Source: a virus
Taxonomy: Duplodnaviria > Heunggongvirae > Uroviricota > Caudoviricetes
Strand: one strand, 5' to 3'
DNA: 43,148 nt
IMG/VR virus record: IMGVR_UViG_3300026521_000571
Made by a program: the position numbers and the translations under genes. The notes under the pieces are model-generated. The model made no database searches and was not told where the DNA came from. It saw nothing but the letters and a program-made list of their open reading frames with translations. The first letter of the stretch is position 1, and each line of letters begins with the position of its first letter. Below are positions 21,310 through 30,171 of the stretch, one piece after another.

Positions 21310-22354
21310 AATCGAAAGTCTTTTTGATTTATATATCAAAAAAGACAAAGACAAAGCAGATACTAGTTTTATAAATTTTATTCAGAATGATTTTACTAGA
21401 AAAGATTTCGAGTATTTAAAAGCACAAGAATATAATAATAAACTGGTTATTGAGTTTAAACCAACTGATAATTGTAATTTTAATTGTAGTTATTGTTGTT
21501 TTCATAATAAAAAATCGAAGGGAATGTCGGAATTGACTTTTAAAAACTTCATTAATTTTTTAGAATACAATATTGAAAATAATATATTTCCACAAGAAGA
21601 GTTTTTTATTTTTATTTACGGTGGTGAACCAACAATGCACCCCAACTTAACTAAATTTATTATTGAATTAAATGAGTTCAAAAGAACTCATAATAAAAAA
21701 ATAAATTTCTTGATACAAAGTAACGGGAGCATGTGGTCTCTTACTAAATTTAAAAAAGAAATAAACATTTTAAAAAATGCCAATGTTAATTTTAAATTCA
21801 GCTTTAGTTACCATCCAGAAGAAGTAAAATTAAATGATTTAATTCCAAAAATTAAATATTTAATTTCTGAGGATGCTTTCGATGTATTAACGTATATGTT
21901 GACCATTTCAAATATTAAGAAAGATATACATATGATAAATTTCTTTGAATCAGCTAATGTTCCTATTTATGTACGTACGATTTTACAAGAGTCTGAGTTA
22001 TTTAATTCAGATGGTAAATTCAAGAAATATAAAAAATATATATCAACAGATAAAGATGATGATTCTTATATTTTAACGACTAAAGATGCAAATAATAAGA
22101 TTATAAATACTAAGATGTCTTTCGAAGACTTATCAACCCAAGGTTATTTGAATTTTAATGGTTATAATTGCAGTGCTGGTATTAATAGCTTTTTAATTTC
22201 TCCTGAAGGTGAAATATATCGTTGTGATATGGATTATTTATATAAAAAAAATAGGCTACATGATGTTAATTCAGTTCAAGAATATAAACCATCTAAATGT
22301 TTAAAATGTACTCATACTTTTTGTAGTATATATTTTAGCGACAAATGGAAATAA
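21296..22354 (+). CDS. Radical SAM protein with twitch/SPASM-like C-terminus
   Basis: CNFNCSYC, YGGEPT, SNGS, CSAG...ISPEGEIYRC, CLKCTHTFC. Confidence 0.92.
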   Translation: MEDNKIESLFDLYIKKDKDKADTSFINFIQNDFTRKDFEYLKAQEYNNKLVIEFKPTDNCNFNCSYCCFHNKKSKGMSELTFKNFINFLEYNIENNIFPQEEFFIFIYGGEPTMHPNLTKFIIELNEFKRTHNKKINFLIQSNGSMWSLTKFKKEINILKNANVNFKFSFSYHPEEVKLNDLIPKIKYLISEDAFDVLTYMLTISNIKKDIHMINFFESANVPIYVRTILQESELFNSDGKFKKYKKYISTDKDDDSYILTTKDANNKIINTKMSFEDLSTQGYLNFNGYNCSAGINSFLISPEGEIYRCDMDYLYKKNRLHDVNSVQEYKPSKCLKCTHTFCSIYFSDKWK

Positions 22355-23232
22355 AAATGAGGGCATTTGATTTTTCACAAAATAAAATAAAAAGACTGAT
22401 AATTAAAATTAATTCACCTGAAAAAATTAAAGATTTTTTAGAAAGAATCGATAAATTATCTAAACATAAAAAGGAGTTTTTTTTAAATGCTTTAAAAGAA
22501 ACTCCCAATCCAAAAGAAGATCCAAACGAAATAGTTAGAATAAATCTAGATGATTATTTGAATGGTTGGAATTTATATGGCTATGATCAAAAACCGATTT
22601 CACCGAAGGCTCTAATAAAATATCATAAGATAGGTTATACTTCGAAAGAAATAAATTATTTTACTTGGGATATTAATATTATTAATCCAGAAAAAAAAAC
22701 TCTGATAAAAAGTAGAACAAGATCTTTAGAATATTATGATTTATTATCGAACGTAGCTTTAAATAAATCTAAAAAAATAGAAATGCCAAATAATGATATA
22801 ATTTTATTTCCTTATGAGAAAGAGACTGAATTAATAACCACAGAAATCTTCCAGGAAAATTTCCTTGAAAGGTTTCTTGATTTTATCATAATGTGGTATT
22901 CAAAAGGTTTATGGTTAAATCATTTTAATACATACAGCATTCGATTTTATAACGGGCAATTTTTTATTCACGATCCTGATATTTTTTATATCCAAAAAGA
23001 TAATTTTAATATAATGGACATAAATAATCAAAATGAATTTTTGATAAATTATATGGATTATAAATTGCGTGCAAAAAGTACAATATATACTATTAAAAAT
23101 CCTAAAGATTTATCTGATGAAGTTTTAGATTATATATACTGGAATTATTATTTTTTAGAGGGCATTGCGCAAATCACTCTAAAAAGAATTCAAGATAAAA
23201 ATTTATCATGTTATAGTATTAATTATATTTAA
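22345..23232 (+). CDS. Hypothetical protein, weak kinase-like C-lobe pattern
   Basis: LWLNHFNTYSIRFYNGQFFIHDPD loosely matches the HxDxxxxN...IDxD spacing; catalytic residues not conserved. Confidence 0.45.
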   Translation: MEIKMRAFDFSQNKIKRLIIKINSPEKIKDFLERIDKLSKHKKEFFLNALKETPNPKEDPNEIVRINLDDYLNGWNLYGYDQKPISPKALIKYHKIGYTSKEINYFTWDINIINPEKKTLIKSRTRSLEYYDLLSNVALNKSKKIEMPNNDIILFPYEKETELITTEIFQENFLERFLDFIIMWYSKGLWLNHFNTYSIRFYNGQFFIHDPDIFYIQKDNFNIMDINNQNEFLINYMDYKLRAKSTIYTIKNPKDLSDEVLDYIYWNYYFLEGIAQITLKRIQDKNLSCYSINYI

Positions 23233-23239
23233 AGGAAAA

Positions 23240-23743
23240 TTGATGCGCGAGAAGTTCTGGGAATGGTTTTGCTTAAATGCAAATGAATATAATTTATATT
23301 TTATCTGTTGTGATCTTTGGCGATTCAATATTCCAGATGATATAAAACACAGAGTTATTGATTTGATTACAGCTGAAGATTTAGTCTGGCCCGTCGCCGC
23401 AGGAATTGCTAGGAATAAAGCTAAGGTTTTCATATATGGTGTTTCATTTTTTAATATCGGGCGCCTCGAGAGCCTAAGAAGTGAAATAGTTCATTCAGGC
23501 TTGAGTTGTTATATACTCAACGCTGGAAAATATGGTTATGATAAATATGGCCCAAGTCACGCTTTTTATGAAGATGATGATATAAAAATTATGAAAAGTT
23601 TACATAAGAACATAGAAATTCTCGATGAACCATCAGATGAAGTTTTATATGAAAGTTTAAATAATTTTAAAGGGTTAGAGTTATGTTGCAACATAACTCT
23701 TTGCGATCAAAAAATAATATATTTGAGATTAGGTAAAGATTAA
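23240..23743 (+). CDS. Transketolase-like pyrimidine-binding subunit
   Basis: EDLVWPVAAGIA, VFIYGVSFF, GYDKYGPSH...EDD. Confidence 0.8.
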   Translation: MMREKFWEWFCLNANEYNLYFICCDLWRFNIPDDIKHRVIDLITAEDLVWPVAAGIARNKAKVFIYGVSFFNIGRLESLRSEIVHSGLSCYILNAGKYGYDKYGPSHAFYEDDDIKIMKSLHKNIEILDEPSDEVLYESLNNFKGLELCCNITLCDQKIIYLRLGKD

Positions 23744-23774
23744 TAAAAATATTAATATTATAAAAGGAGTCAAG

Positions 23775-24209
23775 ATGAGTTTTTTAAAGAAAATGGATAG
23801 AGCGTTACATAGAAAAGAATATCAACAGTATAAAAATCAACTACAGATGCATCATAGTTCAACTAAGCAATTAAAAGATCTAATTGATCAAAAAGAAGCA
23901 ATGTACCAAAAACATAAGTTTAGTGCAGGAGCAGGAGATCTTAAAAATGAATTAGATGAATTATATAATAGTTATAATCATCATTCTGAAATGGTCAACC
24001 ATTTGCAAAAACATGGATTAAAAGCACTGAAGATGACGCCTGAAGAAATTAGACAAAAAGAAAAAGAAAATAATATGCTTAAATATGGATTGGCTGGTGG
24101 TTTTGTGACCGGTTCAGTATTAGCCCCCCATTTAAATCCATTTGGAGTAACCGAAAGTTCAGGGCTTTTTGAATCAGCGAAATTAAAATTCGGAACAGAA
24201 AAAGAATAA
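23775..24209 (+). CDS. Hypothetical coiled-coil protein with C-terminal hydrophobic segment
   Basis: AGGAG RBS; GLAGGFVTGSVLA segment. Confidence 0.7.
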   Translation: MSFLKKMDRALHRKEYQQYKNQLQMHHSSTKQLKDLIDQKEAMYQKHKFSAGAGDLKNELDELYNSYNHHSEMVNHLQKHGLKALKMTPEEIRQKEKENNMLKYGLAGGFVTGSVLAPHLNPFGVTESSGLFESAKLKFGTEKE

Positions 24210-24226
24210 TTAGAGTATAAATAATT

Positions 24227-25000
24227 ATGGATTCAAAAGTATATAAAATTCTAGACATTTCCAAAGAACATAATTTAAGTCATCTACCGAGTGCTCTTTC
24301 ATATATTGAAGCAGTTAATTATACTTTTAAAAATACAACTGGCCCTATATTATTAGGCAAACCACACGGAGCTGCTGCATTATACACAACCTGGCTTGAG
24401 ATGGGTTTTATAACCAAAGAAGACCTTAATAAAATAGAACCAGACGGAGTTTATACAGAAGAGTTCCAAAGAACTCTAAAGATACCAAGAATAGTTTATG
24501 TTGCAAATACTTTAGGTAATGCCATTGGTGTTGCGATGGGAATGGCGATTTCGAATACAAAAGAAACATATAATGTTTTGGTATCTGATTCCTCCTTTTT
24601 AATGGGGACAACTCTTGAAACATTATTTCAACTAAAAAGATTTAATTTGGATCAAAAACGTTTAAGAGTTATAGTTGACTGGAACTCTTCAACAGCCACA
24701 AATCAAATGCCAATTGATTTAAAAACATTTAAAAAAATTATAAAGAATTTAGAATTAGATAATTTTATTTTCTTCGAGAATAAAAAAGGAGCAGGTGTGT
24801 CAGAAATAGAAAATAATCCAAATAAATTTCATTATTCATCTAGAGTTCAAAAGCACTCTAGTCTCGATAAAAATACAAAGGAAAAAGAATATGAACCAGA
24901 AAGACAAACCTGTGTATCTATTTCACGAATTGAATCCAAAAGTCCTGAATCAAATAGAGCGATTGGTAAATTTGAATCCAGATATAATTTTAACATTTGA
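24227..25000 (+). CDS. Transketolase-like TPP-binding (N-terminal) subunit
   Basis: HLPSALS, LGKPHG, TLGNAIGVAMGMA, VSDSSFLMG (GDGE position), IVDWN, KGAGVS...HY. Confidence 0.8.
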   Translation: MDSKVYKILDISKEHNLSHLPSALSYIEAVNYTFKNTTGPILLGKPHGAAALYTTWLEMGFITKEDLNKIEPDGVYTEEFQRTLKIPRIVYVANTLGNAIGVAMGMAISNTKETYNVLVSDSSFLMGTTLETLFQLKRFNLDQKRLRVIVDWNSSTATNQMPIDLKTFKKIIKNLELDNFIFFENKKGAGVSEIENNPNKFHYSSRVQKHSSLDKNTKEKEYEPERQTCVSISRIESKSPESNRAIGKFESRYNFNI

Positions 25001-25484
25001 TGATGGATTGTATTCAAACTGGTGGTATTTTAAAAAATTAAATAATATTTTCAATGGTCCTAAAATATTTTTAGTGAATGCTGATATAGTTTTGAGTGCT
25101 AATGAACTCAAAGAGCATAAATTAAAAGTAGATATTGAATGCACAGAGGCTCATGAAAATTATTTTAGAAATAATGATGCTAGTGCTTATATGCAGATGA
25201 TTCATCTTAAAGCAATTAGTCAATACCAGAATTGTTTTATCGGTTGGCATACAAACAATCATACAGATCTGACCTTTCCAGATGAAAATATTTCTTTAAA
25301 GGATAAAATTATTTTTTTTAAAGAAGATATTCAAAAGGCAAAAGAGTTCTTTGAAACTCTAGAGTTACCTTTAAAACATTTTCAATTTCCTTATAATAAA
25401 GAGGACCAAATATATTTAAGTCTTCTGAAAAAAGAAATAAATAGTAACATAATATATTACCCTAGTCGTATAGAATTGAAATAA
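24891..25484 (+). CDS. Polysaccharide deacetylase (NodB/CE4-like)
   Basis: ILTFDDG, IGWHTNNH, FQFPY; AAGGA RBS. Confidence 0.8.
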   Translation: MNQKDKPVYLFHELNPKVLNQIERLVNLNPDIILTFDDGLYSNWWYFKKLNNIFNGPKIFLVNADIVLSANELKEHKLKVDIECTEAHENYFRNNDASAYMQMIHLKAISQYQNCFIGWHTNNHTDLTFPDENISLKDKIIFFKEDIQKAKEFFETLELPLKHFQFPYNKEDQIYLSLLKKEINSNIIYYPSRIELK

Positions 25485-25514
25485 AAATTGAAAAATTTTC
25501 GAATAAAAAATTAA

Positions 25515-25542
25515 TGGGTGGAGTGCTTAAGCACTCCACCCA
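25515..25542. terminator. 28-bp perfect palindrome between convergent genes; probable terminator, contains the GAGTGC-N4-GCACTC motif
   Basis: tgggtggagtgcttaagcactccaccca; U-rich tract follows on the minus strand. Confidence 0.75.
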
Positions 25543-25553
25543 ACCCTTCTGTG

Positions 25554-25811
25554 TTAAACTTTTTTGATTCCTAGAACATTTATAAATGCATAGTTCTCTT
25601 TAAGCACCTCTATTTGGCAATCATAAAGACTACCGACTTCAATATCGTCAATTGAATTTCTCGATGGAAATCCGAGTCGACCATCAGGTAATACGAATAC
25701 AACTTTTTCTGGATCCTTGCGATTTTGCTGCGCCTTCAGCACCAATGAATTTCCTTGGTATACGCTATTTTCTAGCTGGTTTTTGATATCTTTTAACTCA
25801 TTTTGTAGCAT
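25554..25811 (-). CDS. Small hypothetical protein, possible OB/TRAM-like fold
   Basis: 85 aa; FVLPDGRLGF...GSLYDCQIEVLKENYAF pattern; weak. Confidence 0.6.
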   Translation of the reverse strand: MLQNELKDIKNQLENSVYQGNSLVLKAQQNRKDPEKVVFVLPDGRLGFPSRNSIDDIEVGSLYDCQIEVLKENYAFINVLGIKKV

Positions 25812-26618
25812 TTAATTTTCTCCATTTCTATTTAAATTTTCTTCTACATCAGCCTGTGCTTCATCAGCTTGTGCTTCATCAGCCTGTGCTTCATCAGCTT
25901 GCTCTTCATCAGCCTGTGCTTCATCAGCTTGCTCTTCATCAGCTTGCTCTTCATCAGCCTGCGCTTCATCAGCTTGCATTGCATCCATAAATGATGTTAC
26001 CAGTATAACTGATGCCACTTTTGCATCTGACATTTCTAACATAGATTGGAATAATAATACAACATAAACTAAAGTAATTATTACACCCCAGAATATATTA
26101 ATATATGACTCTATCCAAAATAAAAAGATAAATCCAAGAAGTATAAACCACAATACATTTAATAATTCTCTTTTTTCTATCAGTGTTTTAGCTTCCTGAT
26201 TAAGCAATATAAACATACTCCAGAAAATCTTTAGATTTTCTCTAGTTGTATCGTACCAATTCCAAAACCAGTTTGATTCCGTATAAATTAAATAGTCAGT
26301 TGACTTTAAACCCAAGTTATACATAACTTTATCTTCATCGACTGGTTTTAACCCAAGCCTATTGGTCAATGCTAAAAAATTCCAATGGAGCATCGCTCTA
26401 TAAGCCCAAGCGAAAGTGATAGGAATGACGAATACACCCATGATTAAAAATATACTAACCATTTCTAATCCGGCACTTATATCACCATGTGGTAATAGAA
26501 TATCTACAACAATTCCAACTGCCATTATTGGCAGTGCTATGAAAACATCTAAATGATATTTTCTAGGATTAATATCTTCGTTGCGAAGATTCGCAACGAA
26601 CTGATCTATGACAAACAT
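25812..26618 (-). CDS. Multi-pass membrane protein with acidic QADE[A/E] repeat tail
   Basis: About four hydrophobic segments; C-terminal pentapeptide repeat. Confidence 0.75.
   Translation of the reverse strand: MFVIDQFVANLRNEDINPRKYHLDVFIALPIMAVGIVVDILLPHGDISAGLEMVSIFLIMGVFVIPITFAWAYRAMLHWNFLALTNRLGLKPVDEDKVMYNLGLKSTDYLIYTESNWFWNWYDTTRENLKIFWSMFILLNQEAKTLIEKRELLNVLWFILLGFIFLFWIESYINIFWGVIITLVYVVLLFQSMLEMSDAKVASVILVTSFMDAMQADEAQADEEQADEEQADEAQADEEQADEAQADEAQADEAQADVEENLNRNGEN
25847..25977. repeat. 15-bp coding tandem repeat, about 8.7 units
   Basis: Units tcatcagc(c/t)tg(tg/ct/cg)ct encode QADEA/QADEE on the minus strand. Confidence 0.95.
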
Positions 26619-29260
26619 TATTCACCTACCTCCGTTTTTAAATCTGTTTCAAGTTCAGGCTCATCATCAACATCTATGACATCTAGACCTTGAACTTCCT
26701 GAACACCTTTTGCTTTTTTAGGCTTCTTCTTCTTTTTGGCCTTCTTCTTTTTAGGCACATTGGCCTTTTTCTCTTTCGGCTCTTCGAAAGTCTCTTGCAT
26801 TTTCTCTTTCACAAGATTATCAGCTATAAATTGATTCTCTTTTTCAATGCAATCTTTACTCTCTTCATCCGAAAGCACCTCAAGTTTTAGTGCTTCGTCA
26901 ACAACTCTAATAGTGACTTTAGATCTTTCATCTAGTTCACCATTGAGTTTAAGTTGAGTTAATTGTGACACTACAAAATCATTTATGAATCTTGTAATTG
27001 GCCTTGCACCCATTGAAGGATCATATGCTTTTGCAGCAATAATCAATGGTGCAGCATTTGACCATACGAGATCAATCTTGTGTTCAGATTTAACCAATTT
27101 AGCCATTTTACTAAGCTCACTATCAGCAATCTCAATAATGTTAGCTAAACTCAACGCATTATAATTAACAATGGCATCAAATCTATTGATCATCTCTGGT
27201 CTCATAAATTCACCAAGATTATCTAGGCTTAGGTTACTGGTCATGAGAATAATAGTATTCTTGAAGTCAACTTCTTTTCCTTGCCCATCTGTAAGACGAC
27301 CAGCATCAAGTACCTGAAGCAACGCATCCATAACTCTAGGATGTGCTTTCTCTATTTCATCAAAAAGTATTACACTATATGGATTATTCCACACAGCATC
27401 TGTCAATTGACCACCACGATCATGACCAACATAACCTGGAGGTGATCCAAATAATCTTGATACAGCATGTCCTTCCATGTACTCAGACATATCGAATCTA
27501 TGTAATGTTTTATCAGTATCGAATAAACATTTAGAGATCGTCTGAGCAGTTAGTGTCTTACCAACACCTGTAGGCCCAAGCAGTAAGAATGAACCAACTG
27601 GTTTATTCGCATTTACAAATCCCAACATAGAGTTCTGAATCACTGAAGTAATTTTATACACAGCATCTTCTTGACCTTTAACAACCTGCATTGTATTCTC
27701 AGGAAGATTTTTATATCTTTCGATATCTTCTTCTTGTGCACTTGCAGGAATACCAGTCCATTTTTCAATAACTGTTTTTATTACCCCCGGATCCATGAAA
27801 TTCAAGTTAGCTCTTGAAGCTTTTATAAGCTCTTCTTTTTGAGCTTTAAGTTCCTCGAGTTTTTCATCCAACTCAGGTAATTTATTAAACTCACCAAGGT
27901 TTATAAGAGTTAATCTTTGATTGATTATCTCTTTTTCTTCTTGATGATTTAAAGCTATCTGATCAATAAGCTCTTTTTGCGCTTCAATATCCGTTTGGAT
28001 ATTTTCAAGATGCTCGAGGCTCTTCTTAAGCTCCTCTTTATCGATTTCATCACCTTCAATCTCTTTCCAGCGAATCTCCATCTTGAGTGCATCAACCTTA
28101 GCTTTAGCTTTACTAAGCTCATCCGGTAAAGCATCCATACGCATTTTAAGGATACTACCAGCTTCTTCAATCAAATCTATAGATTTATCCGGCTGATTTC
28201 TATGCGCCAAGAATTTATTTGACAGTTTAATAGCAGCTACCATTGACTCATCCGGGATAACTATAGAAAAATAATCCATAAATCCCCGAGCTCTCGCTTC
28301 CAAGATATTCAAGACTTGATAGTCACTCATCTCTGTAATTCTTACAGGTTGAGTTCTTCTAGTCATAGCATTATCTTTTTCAACTAGTTTAAATTCATCG
28401 TTAGTTGTAGCTCCGATGAGTCTGCTTGCACTTCTAGCCATAGCTGGCTTCAAAGCATTTTTGAGCAAATCATTACTCATTATTAAATGGAATTCATCAA
28501 TGAAGATTATGCTATCATCCTGCGCTGCTGAATCCATGATACTCATAAGAACTTCTGCAGCCGCTTGGCCTTCACCAACGACTTTAGCAATATCTATTTG
28601 CCAAATACGAGTTCCTAACAACTCCAATGGAATCCCATCTTTTCGAGCTATTTTTTCAGCAAGCCCCTCGACTATAGCAGTCTTACCAGTACCAGCTTCA
28701 CCAATAAGAATTGGATTTCTTTTGGTCTTACGGATAAGTATCTGCATAACCCTTTGAACCTCTTCATCTCTACCAATAACTGGGTCAAGCTCACCATCTA
28801 GTGCCTTTTGAGTCAAATCAACACCATATTTTTCCATTAGCTCAATATTGCTTGAACTATAGAATCCCATATTTGGATTCAGTGGAATTATTTTGGTTAA
28901 AGCTGAGTCAACCACTGTTCTATCAGCTTTTTCATAGATATAAGTTTTAATAATGGTACTAAAGGTACTACTATTATTAATTAAGAATCTTAGTGTTCTA
29001 GGCAAAGCTAGAAACACATCTTCGGATGAGCTTTGAGCTTGTCTAAGCCAATTGATTAGATCATCAGAAGTTCCTTTAATCTTTTTAATTTTAAGATTAT
29101 TTAAAACATGTTCTTGAGCCTCAGCTCCAACTAGTGTTCTAAATAAACTAGTCCCGGCCAAATTAATGGCGAAATTATTTAATACCCAATCACTTGGGAC
29201 TTCTTCGGAAGGCTTCAGAAGTTTTAAAATATCGGCCGATATTTTCGTAAGATTTTGCAT
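26618..29260 (-). CDS. clpB: ClpB-like Hsp100 AAA+ chaperone
   Basis: LDPVIGRDEE, GEAGTGKT, IFIDEFH, PDKSIDL, middle coiled coil, GPTGVGKT, RFDMSEY, GSPPGYVG, FDEIEKAH, GARP; no IGF loop seen. ATG 29260 fits the AAGGA spacing better than TTG 29266. Confidence 0.93.
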   Translation of the reverse strand: MQNLTKISADILKLLKPSEEVPSDWVLNNFAINLAGTSLFRTLVGAEAQEHVLNNLKIKKIKGTSDDLINWLRQAQSSSEDVFLALPRTLRFLINNSSTFSTIIKTYIYEKADRTVVDSALTKIIPLNPNMGFYSSSNIELMEKYGVDLTQKALDGELDPVIGRDEEVQRVMQILIRKTKRNPILIGEAGTGKTAIVEGLAEKIARKDGIPLELLGTRIWQIDIAKVVGEGQAAAEVLMSIMDSAAQDDSIIFIDEFHLIMSNDLLKNALKPAMARSASRLIGATTNDEFKLVEKDNAMTRRTQPVRITEMSDYQVLNILEARARGFMDYFSIVIPDESMVAAIKLSNKFLAHRNQPDKSIDLIEEAGSILKMRMDALPDELSKAKAKVDALKMEIRWKEIEGDEIDKEELKKSLEHLENIQTDIEAQKELIDQIALNHQEEKEIINQRLTLINLGEFNKLPELDEKLEELKAQKEELIKASRANLNFMDPGVIKTVIEKWTGIPASAQEEDIERYKNLPENTMQVVKGQEDAVYKITSVIQNSMLGFVNANKPVGSFLLLGPTGVGKTLTAQTISKCLFDTDKTLHRFDMSEYMEGHAVSRLFGSPPGYVGHDRGGQLTDAVWNNPYSVILFDEIEKAHPRVMDALLQVLDAGRLTDGQGKEVDFKNTIILMTSNLSLDNLGEFMRPEMINRFDAIVNYNALSLANIIEIADSELSKMAKLVKSEHKIDLVWSNAAPLIIAAKAYDPSMGARPITRFINDFVVSQLTQLKLNGELDERSKVTIRVVDEALKLEVLSDEESKDCIEKENQFIADNLVKEKMQETFEEPKEKKANVPKKKKAKKKKKPKKAKGVQEVQGLDVIDVDDEPELETDLKTEVGE

Positions 29261-29292
29261 CTTCAATTCCTTTAAAAATAAATTACAATTAA

Positions 29293-29320
29293 GAGTTAGA
29301 GTTCAAAAGAACTCTAACTC
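29293..29320. promoter_or_regulatory. Inverted repeat (12-bp arms) upstream of clpB containing the GAGTTC-N4-GAACTC motif
   Basis: gagttagagttc-aaaa-gaactctaactc in the intergenic leader; regulatory role is inferred. Confidence 0.55.
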
Positions 29321-29420
29321 AAAGCAAATGGATCCAATTTTGCGTAAGGGAATTTATACGCGTATTATCGAATAAAAAAATTCGACACCCAATACATCTA
29401 TGACCCCAGAGGGAGAGGCT

Positions 29421-29987
29421 TTAATAGCCTCTCTTGTTCCTCCAGAAGTCATAGAAAATGACGCTCTTTGGTGAGAGCTTGTTAAAGCTCCACCAAAGAG
29501 CGAACACTGTCCCTAGAAGGGCACCTAGTCCGACGAGGGCACCGAGAGCCCAAGCAACTGGGTTGTTTATAATGAGCTCCCAGTTCGATGTCACTCCAAA
29601 ATGGAGTGACACAAAGAAAGCGGCGAAAATCCAGTGATCCGGATTTTCGCCATCTTCGCCTCTTTGGGCCTTGTGTTGGAGATAAACTCCGAAAAGGCCG
29701 AGAGCCCAGGCCATAATACCTCTTAAAACTCTTTTCCAGATCGGGCCTTGGCTCGCGGCCGCGAGCCAAATGTTAGCCACTAGGGCGAATGCCCCAGTGG
29801 CTAACCAAGTAATCCCTGCCACCTCTGCATACGCTTGGGCAGTAGCTGCCCAAGCGTAATCGGTCCCTCCGTGACCGATTACAGAAATACCAGAAACCGC
29901 CACGCTGAAAAGTGTGGTCATGACTACTAGAGTCACAGAAGATTTAATCCAGAAATCTAAAGATTTCAAAACATTAATAGCTTTCAT
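29421..29987 (-). CDS. Multi-pass membrane protein; GC-elevated, hairpin-rich gene
   Basis: 188 aa, about five hydrophobic helices, AAGGAG RBS. Confidence 0.8.
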   Translation of the reverse strand: MKAINVLKSLDFWIKSSVTLVVMTTLFSVAVSGISVIGHGGTDYAWAATAQAYAEVAGITWLATGAFALVANIWLAAASQGPIWKRVLRGIMAWALGLFGVYLQHKAQRGEDGENPDHWIFAAFFVSLHFGVTSNWELIINNPVAWALGALVGLGALLGTVFALWWSFNKLSPKSVIFYDFWRNKRGY

Positions 29988-30007
29988 TATATTCTCCTTA
30001 TGAGATT

Positions 30008-30113
30008 ACACCCAATGAAAAGGGCTGCAGCATTACCTGCACTATAATATGTCTATTATTGACAACTATAAAGAACCTACCCGATGTAAGTTCAATAATA
30101 TTATTTATATACT
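30008..30113. repeat. 106-bp direct repeat, copy 1 (divergent intergenic region)
   Basis: Matches 36882-36987 with 5 mismatches. Confidence 0.95.
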
Positions 30114-30171
30114 TAATATATTTATTCTAAAACGAACATATAATAATTAAATTACATTTTAAAGGAAATAT

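Noticed and set aside
29261-29266. TTG start for clpB at 29266
   Set aside because: Only about 1 nt from the AAGGA RBS; ATG at 29260 has normal spacing.
29482-29769. Plus-strand 95-aa ORF (and 36416-36610) opposite the GC-elevated genes
   Set aside because: Shadow ORFs expected in GC-rich, palindrome-rich sequence; no RBS, and the minus-strand genes have RBSs and coherent protein features.
30069-30086. Sigma28-like promoter (TAAA...CCGAT) in the 106-bp element
   Set aside because: Only 8 nt separate the elements, versus about 15 expected.
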